From NCBI GenBank assembly GCA_026770705.1, contig JANJGN010000151.1, positions 992,001-1,056,000 of the forward strand: 64,000 nucleotides of DNA, read 5' to 3'. This document shows, piece by piece, positions 26,757 to 39,248 of the stretch. Each line of letters begins with the position of its first letter. Position 1 is the first letter of the stretch. Below the pieces are notes generated by a model. The model was given only the letters and a program-made list of their open reading frames with translations. It ran no database searches and was not told the origin of the DNA. The position numbers and the translations under genes were made by a program. Origin of the DNA: Isurus oxyrinchus. Taxonomy: Eukaryota.

Positions 26757-27639
26757 GTAAGTAACTCCATACCCCGCCGGGTTTCAGCCTGTCCCGGGTA
26801 ATGTTAACAACCAGTTTATTATTGATATCAGTGGAATTTGGGGGGATGTGAGAATTGACGGAATCTGGGGCATTATCGGTTTAACGGGAACATTGGGGAC
26901 ACCATCAACATCACGGACCGTCACACTCTGAATCGCTTTTAATGAGGGCAGATTGCTGACAATCCGGATTCCACACCCGGTGTTAACTGTGACCGAGGAA
27001 ACAGTCTGTCCCTTAGAGCCCGGGGGCGGGGTCACAGAGCTCTCTCCTGGGCAGCAGATTGCAGTCCAAGCCGCACAATGTGAATGAGGCACCGGGTGAA
27101 TAAACTCAACACAACGGCAGCCGGTTCGAATAACTGCAGCGGCTCGTTCAATAACTGACCCGAGAGAAAAACAGGGAAGTGACACAACGGACTTCAGATA
27201 TAAGAGATCCTGATGTGAGTCCAGATGGAATTTTATCAGCGACTGAAATTAGTGACGTTGTTCCGCCATTTCTTTCAATTGTCTTCATAGAACCAATCAC
27301 TTTCCACCTTTTCCGCCCTCAGACCGAAATGTGATTGTTTGGAACTGCGGACACTTCTCTATATTGAATGTAGATGTTTGAGAGATGGGATTGATGTAAT
27401 TTATCTGTATCCCTGATTACTGTAAATTGAAACAGCACAGTGCAGTGAGAAAGTGAGGATGATGCATTAATCTTATAAGGGGAACAGGAACGTAAGGGAA
27501 CAATTATATACTGGGGGCATGTTCATTGAGAACCAGGAAGAAATAGCTCATCGAAAGGGAGAGAAGGATTGGGTGATTTCCGGGCGCCTTTCAAAGTGCA
27601 ATCCGACCCCGTGATAGGTGAGGTTTATGGAGGGAAGAA

Positions 27640-28195
27640 CTGAAATGGGATCCAGTTTGGAATGCTGAGTAAAGTTTTGGTCTCCTTACAAAAGAGAGAT
27701 CAATCTGCTTTGGAAGGAGTGCAACAGGATTCATCAGGCTGATTCCTGAGATGAAGGGATTGTCCACTGTGACGTGATTGAGTAGTCTGGGCCAAAGTTC
27801 CCGACAGTTTAGGAGAATGAGAGGTGATCTCAAGAAAACATATAATATTCTTCAGGGGCTTGACAGAACAGATATTGGATCGGAGTTTCCCCAGACTGAG
27901 GAGGATAGAACTCAGGGTAACAGCTTCAGAATAAAGGGTCATCCATTAGAGCTGAGAAGGATTTCTCAGTCGAACCATTGTTGTGAATCTGTGGCATTCT
28001 GTAACTCAGAGAGCGGTGAGTGTTCATAATCTGTGTGCTTTCAAGACAATATTCGATAGATTTTTTGATACTAAAATAAACAGGGGGTATGAGGAGAGTG
28101 CGGGAATGTGACGTTGAGGTTGGAAATCAGCCACGATATTACTGAATGGCGGAGCAGGTTTGAAAGGTGAGCTGGCGCCTCCTGCTTCTATTCGA
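27640..28195 (+). mobile_element. CR1-type LINE 3' fragment in the J-to-supporting-V intron
   Basis: FRRMRGDLKKTYNILQGLDR..RTQGNSFRIKG plus CR1-like 3' UTR. Confidence 0.8.
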
Positions 28196-29073
28196 TTCTC
28201 TACTTTGATTTCTTCCAGTCCTGAGAAAAGAAATCAGCAACAATCCATATCTCTCTGGGAAGTTTGAACCGGCTGGGCCTCTTTTTTCTGGATAAAAGGG
28301 AACCACTGGGAAAATTGATAGAAACCTTTTAAATAACGAACGGTTTTCGTGTGGAGAAATTGTTTATTTGTGGCTGAGTCCAAAGCAATGGTCATCAACG
28401 TATGACAGCTATTAACAGAACAAAAAAAATATTAAGACCAATAAATTTTAACAAAGCCAAGTCAGAATGTGGAACCTGCTGCCACAGGGAGTGGTTGGAG
28501 TTAGCATTGATATATTTATTGGAACACTTGAAAATACAGGAGGGAGAACGGAACAGACCGATACAAGGAGCTAGTGGAAATAGTCAATTAGATTTCTGGT
28601 TGGGTTCAGCTAAAATTGATTATATACACAGGTCGAATGGCCCATTCCTCTCCCGCATTCGTCTTCCTCTTTTATGTAAAACTGAGAGAAAACTCCACTC
28701 AGTGAACCAGGGAAAGAACTGAAATTGTCAGAGAGCCGGAAGAGGCAGTTCCCAGTGAGTAACAGTCAAACCACTGCGGAAACTGAACAGACTGAACCCA
28801 ACCTACAACTGAGAGACTTTGGGACAAGTTCCCACGATTGCAAAAAGCGCAAACAGAACAAAGAAAATGTGAAATAAAGGGAATGTGAAATTAAAGAAAT
28901 AAAATGAAATTAATTGTACATATTTGACATTGAGCTGAACTGGAGAAAATTGGGCCCTATTGAGAGATCATAGAGAAATAGATCAAAAGGTAGATAGAAA
29001 TTCCCGAGCCGTTTTCAACCGCAATAAATGATTGACCTTTGACCTCACTCTCGATTTGGCTCAATTGGTGCTG

Positions 29074-29128
29074 ATGATTCCCATCAGTTTGTGTTGGATC
29101 TTGTTGAGTGCAGCGATGCTACCTAACT
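29074..29128 (+). other. Candidate vestigial leader exon of the supporting V
   Basis: MIPISLCWILLSAAMLPN + 1 nt, then weak phase-1 donor GTGTTT; in frame with the acceptor at 29650. Confidence 0.5.
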
Positions 29129-29650
29129 GTGTTTCTCTCTAACAAACGTGTCTTTTTTTTTGGAAACTGGTTGCCTCGCTGATCATAAAATGTTCCCTCG
29201 GGTTTGTTTCTCACTAAGGAAAATAGAAAAGGGAATGTTAGATAATTCATTGAATTATCCAGCACGGAAGGTTGATATTCGGCCCATCGTATAGGTGCTG
29301 ACCCTTTAAAAGTGCAATCCAATTGTTCCCACTGCCCCTGTATTTTCTCCATAGCTCTATATTTGTATTTACATTTCCAACACAGCCCCATTACCCGTTT
29401 AAAAGTTACTATGGAATCTGTTCCCACCACCAATTCAGACAGTGCAGTCCCGAACGCAAGATTTCGCCATGTCAGCTAAGATATTACCTCATTCCCCATT
29501 TGATCATATTTTAATAACAGTGAACACGGTTCAAACAGGCTGCCAGCAAATACAATTAACGCAAAAAGCAAAGCTATTCACGCGATTGAATTCACTTGGA
29601 CAAACAGAGGCTACACAAAAAGATAATGTTCATTTTTTTTTATCCTCCAG

Positions 29651-29956
29651 ATTCCAGTTCCGTAATTTCCCGGGATCCGCCTCTACAAACCTCTCCTGCC
29701 GGTGACACCGTTACTTTAAGCTGCGAATATTCAGGATTCTGTCAATACACAGTACACTGGTACCGCCAGTCCCCCGGACAGGCTCGGGAATATCTGCTTC
29801 AGAGGCACACTTCTGGAGAGGAGAATAAAGAAAACGCAGCCGGGGGGAGAAGTTCTGTTTCCATGGATCCTGCCGAGAAAATCAGCCGGTTAAATATCTC
29901 CAAACTACAACTGAGCGACCCCGCTGTGTATTTCTGTGCACTGAGTCGGCGCACAG
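29651..29956 (+). CDS. TRDV: Supporting TCR-delta V exon of the NAR-TCR cassette
   Basis: Acceptor TTTTATCCTCCAG; DSSSVISRDPPLQTSPAGDTVTLSCEYSGFCQYTVHWYRQSPGQ...LQLSDPAVYFCALSRRT. Extra CDR1 Cys; phase matches the upstream J donor (G+AT=Asp). Confidence 0.93.
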
Positions 29957-29995
29957 CACAGTGATGCAGAACACGGAGAGAGCCGGACAAAAACC
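29957..29995 (+). other. Consensus 23-spacer RSS
   Basis: CACAGTG + 23 bp + ACAAAAACC. Confidence 0.97.
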
Positions 29996-30469
29996 TAAAC
30001 ATGGTGGGATTACAGACACATTGTGATACAAGGCACGGAAAGAGTCCAAATTCTTGTCTATTTTCGGGATTAAGATGAAAGGAGCACATACACACACACA
30101 CACACACACAAACACAGGTGTACACACAAATACATATATACACACACAGACACACACATAGAAGTTGGTGGGGGCGGGGATGGGTGGGAGGGAATCACCT
30201 AATCTCCACGAATGTATATACAATTGACCTTATAATTTTGTAGCAGAGAATAAAACTGATGAACCCATAAAATTCGCACATCCCTTCTGGCGCCTCAGAG
30301 CCGTTAATATTTTTATAGTTCGAGCTGCCCTCAATAATCCTGCTAAAATAATTCATTCAATTATCCATTCTTCAACAAACGATGTGCACTATTTGGGCAT
30401 AAATGGTTGAAGGTGGCTTGACAGCCTGAGAAAGTGGTGCTCAAACATCTAGGATCACCGTTTTCAGCG

Positions 30470-30879
30470 GCATAGAGTCCAAAAGAAAGGAAATGCTACT
30501 GACACTCTTAGGAAAACACTGGTTGCCCCTCAACTGGAGCATTGTGTCCACTTCCGGCATTGCACTTTAGGAAGAATGTGAATGGTTTAGAAAGGGCGCA
30601 GGGAAGTTGACCAGAATCGTCCCAGGGATGCAGAACTTCAGTTAATTGGATAGATTGGGGGAACTGGGCTAGTTCTCCATAGAGAATGGAAGGTTCAGGG
30701 TAGATCTGATCGAGGTCTTCAAAGCCATGTGTCTCTGAACCGAGTAGATCAAAATAAACTGCTTCCATTTGTAGAAGGGTAGAGAGGAAGAACAGGAGGT
30801 TCTACCAATGGAAGCAGTTTATTTTGTTCTACTCGGTTCAGAGACACATGGTTTTGAACACCTCGATCAGATCTACCCT
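30470..30879 (+). mobile_element. CR1 fragment ending in an 80-bp inverted duplication
   Basis: CR1 C-terminal sequence; 30697-30776 is inverted at 30800-30879. Confidence 0.8.
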
Positions 30880-31839
30880 TCCTTGGTGAATGAGCCGTGG
30901 AAGGCAGAGGCTCCAACAATTCACTGCGGCTGGGAAAGCTCCCTGTCTGTGGCACAGGGAGTTTGGGCGGCACTCTGCGAGAATTTTCCGCAGGTTGGTG
31001 CCTGTATAAATCCATCGCTTTTGTCCATTAAGACCGAATGTTTATTTTTGAAGTCACTTTTCCTATAAATCGAGTCTTCTTGCCCTTTATACACGTCAGA
31101 TATGCCTCTGCTCTGTCACACACACACACATAAACAGGGCCGACAGTGGGTCACAGAAACCTGGCCGCCGGAACTCAAAGGGTCAGGACAAAATCTTGGC
31201 CGCAGGACAACAGCACGGTGATTGGCTCTTTCTCCGATTGATTCGGGGTCAGGAGGTTACAGAGTATCTTCAGACTCCGCCCAGCATTAAAACACCCAGT
31301 TGTAAATCGTGTAACTCTTCACCCGGACCTGGAAGAAGGGTAAAACCGCCGTTTTAAAGGGGCCCTGCACCGCTCCAGCTGTTTTGCTAAGTTTTACTAT
31401 TTAAGAGGAGTGATTAGTGATTGAAACATGGATCAGAAGAAAGTGACATTTTTTGATGCATTGATTCAGCAAGGTGGCTAAACATCAATTGTTTATTTTC
31501 AATATCTAAAATTGATTTCGTAAAGTCAACGCGTAAAGTAGAAGCAATAGTTTCCTAAGTGTACATGCCACTGATTCAAAGCGATCCCCTAGTAGTAAAC
31601 ACAATCTGGATCTTGTTTATCCCTGTATCCTCATAAAGCAAAACATATGGACTTGGGACTACAATAATAATTAGGGCCTGGTGAATGCTAACAAAGACAG
31701 AGCCTAGTGTAATAATCAAGTGTAATTGACTAATAATGGGGATCCAGTAAAACATTCACAGAGAAAGAGCTTAACGTCATAATCAAGGAGCCTAGGGCTG
31801 GTACAAAAATATCCCAATATTTTCTTATGTGACGTATGG

Positions 31840-32770
31840 CTTATGTGGGGGGTAGGATTAGTAAGATTGCAGAAGACACAAAGATTGACCGGGTGGTTAA
31901 CAAAAAGGTTGAGTGCCTTGGGCTACAGGAAGATATAGACGGGATGGTCAAATGGGCAGGTAAGTGGCAGATGGAATTTAACCCTGAAAAGTTTGAGATG
32001 ATGCACTTTGGAAGGACAAATTTGACAAAGAAGTACTCAATGAATGGGATGACATTAGGAAGTTCTGAGGAACAATGGGACCTTGGCATGTGTGTCCATT
32101 GGTCTCTGAAGGGGAGGGGCATGTTAGTAGGATGGTGAAAAAGGCATATGGGCCTTTATCATCGAGCCATAGATTACAAATCTAGGGAGGTCATGTTGGA
32201 GTTGTATAGAACCTTGGTGAGGCCATAGCTAGAGTACTGTGTGCAGTTCTGGTCGCCACATTATTGGAAGGATGTGATTGCACCGGAGGGGGTGCAGAGG
32301 AGATTCACCAGGATGTTGCCTGGGATGAAACATTTAAGTGAACAAGAGTGTTGGATAGACTTGGGTTGTTTTTGTTGGAGCAGAGAAGACCCAGGGGCGA
32401 CCTGATTGAGGTGTACAAGATTATGAGGGACATGGACAGAGTGGATAGGGAGCAGATGTTCCCTTAGTTGAAGGGTCAGTCACGAGGGGACACACGTTCA
32501 AGGTGAGAGGCAGAAGATTTAAAGGCGATATGAGGAAAAACGTTTTTACCCAGATATTGTGACGGTCTGGAATGCGCTGCCTGGGAGGATGGCAGAGGTG
32601 GTTTGCCTCACATCATTAAGAAGTACCTGGATGAGCACTTGGCACGTCATAACATTCAAGGCTATGGGCTTGATAAATGGAATTAGGTAAGTAGGTCAGG
32701 TATTTCTCACGCGTTAGTGCAGACTCGATAGACCAAATGGCCTCTTCTGTACTGTGTGATTCTGTGATTC
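31840..32770 (+). mobile_element. CR1-type LINE 3' fragment
   Basis: ISKIAEDTKI..LQEDIDGMVKWAGKWQMEFNPEKFEMMHFG; ends in an ATTCTGTG-type tail. Confidence 0.9.
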
Positions 32771-33248
32771 AGTGATCCTTTCTGATTTTGCAATGTGAAA
32801 TGCTTTCAACAGTTGTCTTGCATGGCATGAGTATTATTGTTTGAGCAAGAGGGATGAGGCAGTGATGAAGGAGTGAATTGTCAGACACACACCCCGCCCA
32901 GCATAGTGGCAGCCATAGGAAGAGACGTGTTTTGGTTAGAGATACGACCCAAGTCAATATGTTCCATCAGCTGCTCCCCTTGATGTAAGCCCAAAGGCAT
33001 GGTTTGTGGACATGGGGCGCCACAGAATTTGCAGCCGGCAGTTCACCCAAGTCCATCTTGCCAATGTTACAAATGGGAGGCTTGAAACCGTGGGTTAATC
33101 TGTTTGTTTACTGAACTGTAACTAAGGTGTATGTTGTAAATTAATTGTCCCTCTGGAGATGCTCATTCGGAATAAATGAGGGATGCTTTGAATACGCCAC
33201 ATAGGTAAATTATACAGTTTCGGGAATACCTTTTGTTTCTGAGAGACG

Positions 33249-33318
33249 ATGCACGGGCCAGCGAAAGGCATCTTCTTTGCGATTTTCTATCCCATTCTCG
33301 CAGTCATTGGTGCCCCTG
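33249..33318 (+). CDS. GPR139/GPR142-like GPCR, exon 1
   Basis: MHGPAKGIFFAIFYPILAVIGAP + G, donor GTAAAT; supplies the first half of TM1. Confidence 0.85.
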
Positions 33319-34621
33319 GTAAATAAGTTTTTTACTTTGCAATCTCCAGAAAGTTTTTCTGCTCCCTTTCAAGATCGGACTTTTGATTATGTTGCATATT
33401 TATAGGAAAATCATTTATTCGATTGCTGAAATATGAATTGTAATGTATGGCTTTGCATGAACATTAACCTGTCATATTGTTGAACACTGGATCTTATTTT
33501 AAGGTAGTCGAATACAATCTATTGTTTTAAGTGTTTTGCGGAATAATACCATATCATAGTGTAGTAACATACATTTTCGTGCATTGTATCAGAAATCTAA
33601 TATTAGATGAATTGTAATATAAAAATACATTTAGCAATTACACCAATGTACTTTTGGACCTGTGAAAGAATGTAATAGTTACAGTACAGTGAGTTCTCAC
33701 TGGACAGTCCCGATTGTTAATGTAATCTTAGCAATTAACTATGGAAATGTTTGAAAGAGGTTAGTGGAGATTAGAAATTGTTAATCGATTGTTGTGCTGG
33801 TCAGTTTGCACATTTTGAAGAATTATATGATTTAATCATCAGCGGGATGTGAGTGAAACCGGCAAGATCAACGTGTATTGCTCATTTTTATTTCTCATTT
33901 GAATGGTGGAGTTGCACTTGTTTCTTTAGTCACTGCAGTGCGTATGGTGGGAATGCTTCACAGCAGTCTGAACAAATACAATTAATAGCAAACACCGGGA
34001 AGAGATATTTATACCAACGTTTGATCAAAATTCAAAGGAATGAGAAAAGGAGCCGTTGAGGGAGGGGATTAAAGAGATGAGGGCTCAGTAGCTACAGGCA
34101 TAACTGCTACTCATGGAACAGTTAATTATAGGGTGACACAAGAGAGCAGGATAGAACGTAAACTGAGATCTCAGTTAGTTGTAGTTGTAGAGGGATTGGG
34201 AGAGGCGAGGAAATGGAATGATTCCAAAATTGGAAAGGGGTGGTTATTAAAGTGGAGATGTTGCCGTCTGAGACCCAACCTATGCCAGCGAGCACAGGCT
34301 TAATGGATGGACGGGTATTGCTTTGACAATGGCCATCAGCAGCACATGTTTTGGATGATCTTAATTTGGATAGCTAGGCCTTGGGATTTGCTCAGTGGCC
34401 AAAGAGCAGAATTTGTGGTGGGGCCCGATTGAAATGCCATCTGCATTGATAAGTGCTTGGTGCAGCATTGGATACCGAACACTGACCAAAGGCTTTGGAA
34501 TAGCTGGAGTCTGGGGATGGCAAAGGGGAGGATCAGGAGGGATCCAGTTACTGGGTGAATGAGGTAGTACCTGTTGTTTGGAGTCCCCTCAGTACCAACT
34601 CTCTCTTCTGATCTCTCACAG

Positions 34622-35520
34622 CCAACTTACTGGGGACCATAATATTATCCCAACAACAGTGCGGCCTCTCCCGGTGCATCACCTACTACCTGGTGGCGAT
34701 AGCAGTGAGCGATTTCCTGGTCATCATCACCGCCGTCATCTTCAACCGGATCGGCCGCATCTACTTTCAGGACAGTGTCCTCTCTACCACTCCTGCATGC
34801 ACACTCAGCAACCTGCTGGTCTTTGCCACCCGGGATAGCTCAGTCTGGCTGACTGTGGCCTTCACCAACGACCGTTTTGTGGCCATCTGCTGTCAGGGCC
34901 TGAAGGCCAGATACTGCACTGGGAAAACTGCGTTACTTGTTATAGGACTGGTCAGTGCCCTGAGCTGCGCCAGGAACGTCCCTTTCTACTTCATCTACCA
35001 GCCCTTGTACATCTGGGACGGGGTGCCCTGGTTCTGCAGCATGAAGCCCATCTATTACGCCTCACTCGGCTGGCAGGCTTACGACTGGCTGGACCACATT
35101 TTAACCCCCTTTCTCCCTTTCTTCCTCATTCTACTGCTCAATGCCCTGACCGTAAGGCATATCTTAGCGGCCAGCAGAGCCCGCAGGAGGCTCCGGGGCA
35201 CTGAGAGTCATGGAGATGTGGAGATCGCCAAACGCCAGAGGTCCATTGTCCTGCTTTTCACCATCTCGCTCAGCTTCCTCCTCCTGTGGGCCACCTATAT
35301 CGGACATTTCCTCTACGTGCGGATCACTAGCGAGGGCTACCTCACCAGCCTGGACTTCAATGACCCCCGGTACATCCTCCAGGAGACAGCCAACATGCTC
35401 CAGTTAGTCAGTTCCTGCAACAACGTTTTTATCTACGCGGTGGCCCAGAATAAGTTCCGAGAGGAGCTGAAGAAGGTGCTGATGTCTCCCTTCACCGCAG
35501 TAACTGGTTGTTTTAAATAG
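34622..35520 (+). CDS. GPR139/GPR142-like class A GPCR, exon 2 (322 aa spliced product)
   Basis: Acceptor CTCTCACAG; ANLLGTIILS..CGLSRCITYYLVAIAVSD..SVWLTVAFTNDRFVAICC..PFFLILLLNALTVRHI..NVFIY..KFREELK. Seven hydrophobic segments, uninterrupted frame. Confidence 0.92.
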
Positions 35521-35583
35521 GAAAAACACGGCAAAACGCCCATGCGTTGATTCACTTCCATCATAGTGGTTCTGTGTGTAGCA

Positions 35584-35584
35584 G

Positions 35585-35615
<31 letters not shown>

Positions 35616-36172
35616 CATGTCGTTCTCTCTCTCTCTATCTCTCTCTCTCTTTCTCTCTCTCTCTCGCACTTTCTATCACTTACTCTTTCTCCCTCTCTTT
35701 TTCCAGAACGAGGATGTCCTGGGCAGTAGCTCCCTTTCTTGAGAGATGTCAGGCCCATACCGCAGTGCCGACAGTGCCCCTGTGGCCCCCAATGAATACT
35801 GAGCTATCGCAGTTGCTGCTTTCCTGGTTCAGATACTAAACCACTGAGAGTATCTGCCCTCTCAGATGGAATCTCAATACCCCACGGTCGTAATTTGAAA
35901 AACTGAGAAGGCAAAGCTTTCCCCAGGTTCGTACAATAAGTTCCCATCATTTAACATCACGGAAACCAGCCACCTGATTTTTTATTCCCATTAATGTCTC
36001 TGTACCCATTTGCTGAAGGGTTTCCTGCATTGTTACGGGAAAATGATTAATTGGCAGCAAAGCACTTTGAGAAACCCTGAGTTTATTTCTTTCTTTCTTC
36101 CTTCCTTTCTTTCCTCCTTTCTTTCCTCCTTTCTTTCCTCCTTTCTTTCCTCCTTTCTTTCCTCCTCTCTTC
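35584..36172. repeat. (CT)n and (CTTT/CCT)n simple repeats
   Basis: CT run at 35584-35700 and TTTCTTTCCTCC repeats at 36086-36172. Confidence 0.9.
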
Positions 36173-36559
36173 CATTCATTCTCCTACTTCACTGAGACCC
36201 ATTCTCCATGAGAGTGTGTTACTCAACACTGAAAACAAAGTATTTGATTGAATGGGGAGGTTTTTTAAGCAGTGAATTGTGATCTGAATTGTGCTGCCTG
36301 AAAGGGAGCTGGACGCAAACTGAGTAGTAAATTTGAAAAGTTAATTTAATAAATACTAAGGCGACATTTCGTAAAGAGCAAGTAACTATAACTGAAGGTT
36401 TTCTCTTTCAGAGATCCGGCATACAGGCCGTGACCAACAGGTCTGTTCTTTTGCCTTATAGTTATAGACAGCGGTATTAGCGACCCCAGGCCACCCGAAC
36501 CGTCTTTCTCGGTGAATAAATTGCTTTCTGCGAAACGCTGAAGCAAATTTGTGCAGTGG

Positions 36560-37090
36560 CAGATCCCTAATCTCATTCTCATCATTGAACAGCATCCATC
36601 TGTTCAGCGTTGTTTGGGATGAGAGGCTTATCTTTTGAAGGAATCTTGAATAGTTTGGATCGATAGCCAGTAAATTTTCGAAGAATAAGAGGTGAAATTA
36701 CTGAAGCATATTGGAGCCTGAGGGGGAGTTGACAGAGTGGATGCCTGGGGAATTATTCCACTTGTCTCTCCTGGGTGACACAGTTTTGGAATAAGAGGCC
36801 TACGGTTTAGACAGAGATGAGGAGATTTGTTTTTCTCTCAGAGGGTCGTTAGTGTGTGGAATTCACTTTCCCAGAAAGCAATGGAGGCTGGTCAATGAAT
36901 TTATTCAAGGGTGCGTTAAATTGTGCTAATATCATGAGTTAGACAGATTTTTGATAGACAAAGGAGTCAAGAGGCAGACGAGAAAGTGGAGTTGAGACCT
37001 CAAGCAGATTAGCCATGAAGGTATCGAATAGTGCATCAGGCTCTCAGGGGTGAATTGCCTACTCTTGCCTCTAAGTCTCATGGTCTTATA
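36560..37090 (+). mobile_element. CR1-type LINE 3' fragment
   Basis: CGAAGAATAAGAGGTGA...GAGATGAGGAGA...CAGAGGGTCGTTAGTGTGTGGAATTC pattern shared with the other CR1 copies. Confidence 0.75.
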
Positions 37091-38725
37091 TTTATATGTT
37101 TGGCGAGAGAGTGTGGATGGGTGTCGGAGGTCTGAAACACAGAATGACAATGCCATGGTCTGGTGTAATATAAACAGCGACACGTGTGATAGAAGCGAAA
37201 CAATTGTCTAGTGTAATTTGAACCGAGCCAAAATGTTTCTTCACCTAATCACAAAACAGGATCTAATCTCATGAAAGGTAATGTGATCTAATGTAATAGG
37301 GATGTGATCCAATCAATTGAAAGCAGAGACAGGAACTAATCTGATGTAAACATGGACAATTTCTACTTCATAGAAAACTGAGACAGGGGCTTGCATTATA
37401 TAAACAGGGACACGCTCAATTACAACAATAATTAAAAACGGACCTTGTGTGACTCAAACAATGTAATTGCCTTGCACAGTATTAAATAAGACAGTGTCTA
37501 GTGCGACATTACCAACAACATGCATTTGCAAACTGTCAGAGCGATGTGTTTTGTGCTTTGTACACAAATGTATTCTACATAAGAAATATGCAAGACCGCA
37601 TTACGCTACACATGCTCATATGTATTACTTTCACACAGGCATGCGCATAGACACACACATACAGAATTGGTAGGACACAATACCAGCATAAATTAATAAA
37701 CTTTCACGCCACACATTTTGCGCCTAAGATATGCAACGTACGGTGCTGACAGTTAGTCCTGTCCTTCAATCCCGCTTCCCGCTCGGAGATTGTTACATGA
37801 TCCACCCCAATTTTTCAACCAAATATCACGTCCTCAAGATCTCAGAAGGTGTTACGTCTGAAGTTGTTTCCGAGCATAGTCGATAAGTAACACAGGAAAT
37901 ATTATTTACACATAGGTGTTCGGGAATGTGCAATTATTTGGCAGAAAGATTTGTCAATCTGAGTTTGATAAGATGGAATGCCGAGATTCAGGAAATTTCT
38001 GCAAAATTTTCAATTTGTGTCCAATAATAACAATGTCATTATTTCACAAGATTATTAACATACCATAGCATCTGTTTATGAATAATTGAGGAACTACTTT
38101 GGATGAAGAAATTGCTCGTCCTTTTGTTCGGGCCACCCGCTGCCATTGGACCGTTGAAATACAATGATTCCCAGAGCTCACTTTCTAACTCTCCTTTGAT
38201 ATAGCACCTGCAATTTATGCACAAGCTCTTGCCCGCAATGTACCATTGTATGGAGTGAAATGTCACGGAAGAAAGATATTTCCTGTAATCTCCACCTGTG
38301 AAATTTGACACCAGTAAACAGACGATTCTGCAAGTTTTGGCTGAAGATGAGCGCTATACCGGCGAAAAACGATGACTCTTAATTTCTACCCCAATTTGGT
38401 GCATAATTTTGCTGAATTATTATTGTGTCAGTTTATTATGAATGTTATTATTTTAATTTTATTTTTACTATAGCTGACCACTTAAGTGTTTTCTATTTGC
38501 TACAGTTGCTTTGTTGCATCAACTGTCAGATTATTTCTCTAAGTTCCCGTGTGTGCCCAATCCATTAATACATGCTCATTTGCATTGACATTAATAATTC
38601 CACCATTCATGAGGTTGGATTGAAATTTCGTATAAATTAAGTCTTCCCACCTCACTAATCATCAAAGGCGGCACACATCAAAACTGGATAGGGCCATGAA
38701 TCAAGTGTGATGATTATTCACCTAT

Positions 38726-39052
38726 CTGTGTGTGTGTGAATGTGAATGTGTGTGAATGTGTGTGTGTGTGAATGTGAGTATGAATGTGTGTGAGTGTAAA
38801 TGTGTGTTCGCATGTGTGTGTGTGAATGTGTGTGTGTGTGAATGTGTGTGTGAATGTGAGTGTGTGAGTATGTGAGTATGAATGTGTGTGAGTGTGAATG
38901 TGTGTGAGTGTGAATTTGTGTGAGTGTGTGAATGTGTGTCCGTGTGAATGTGTGTGTGAGTGTGTGTGAATGTGTGTGAATGTGAATGTGTGAGTGTGAA
39001 TGTGTGTGAGTGTGAATGTGTGTGAGTGTGAATTTGTGTGAGTGTGTGAATG
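38726..39052. repeat. (GTGTGA/GTGAAT)n microsatellite running into a gap
   Basis: Seen directly. Confidence 0.95.
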
Positions 39053-39248
39053 NNNNNNNNNNNNNNNNNNNNNNNNNNNNNNNNNNNNNNNNNNNNNNNN
39101 NNNNNNNNNNNNNNNNNNNNNNNNNNNNNNNNNNNNNNNNNNNNNNNNNNNNNNNNNNNNNNNNNNNNNNNNNNNNNNNNNNNNNNNNNNNNNNNNNNNN
39201 NNNNNNNNNNNNNNNNNNNNNNNNNNNNNNNNNNNNNNNNNNNNNNNN
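39053..39248. other. Assembly gap (N run)
   Basis: 196 N. Confidence 1.

Noticed and set aside
27074-27112. CACAATG + 23 + ACTCAACAC in the J intron
   Set aside because: Weak nonamer and no coding segment; cryptic at most.
38039-38311. Minus-strand GKSLCINC with an octamer at 38578, suggesting a V
   Set aside because: No downstream WY/YYC or RSS, and no leader.
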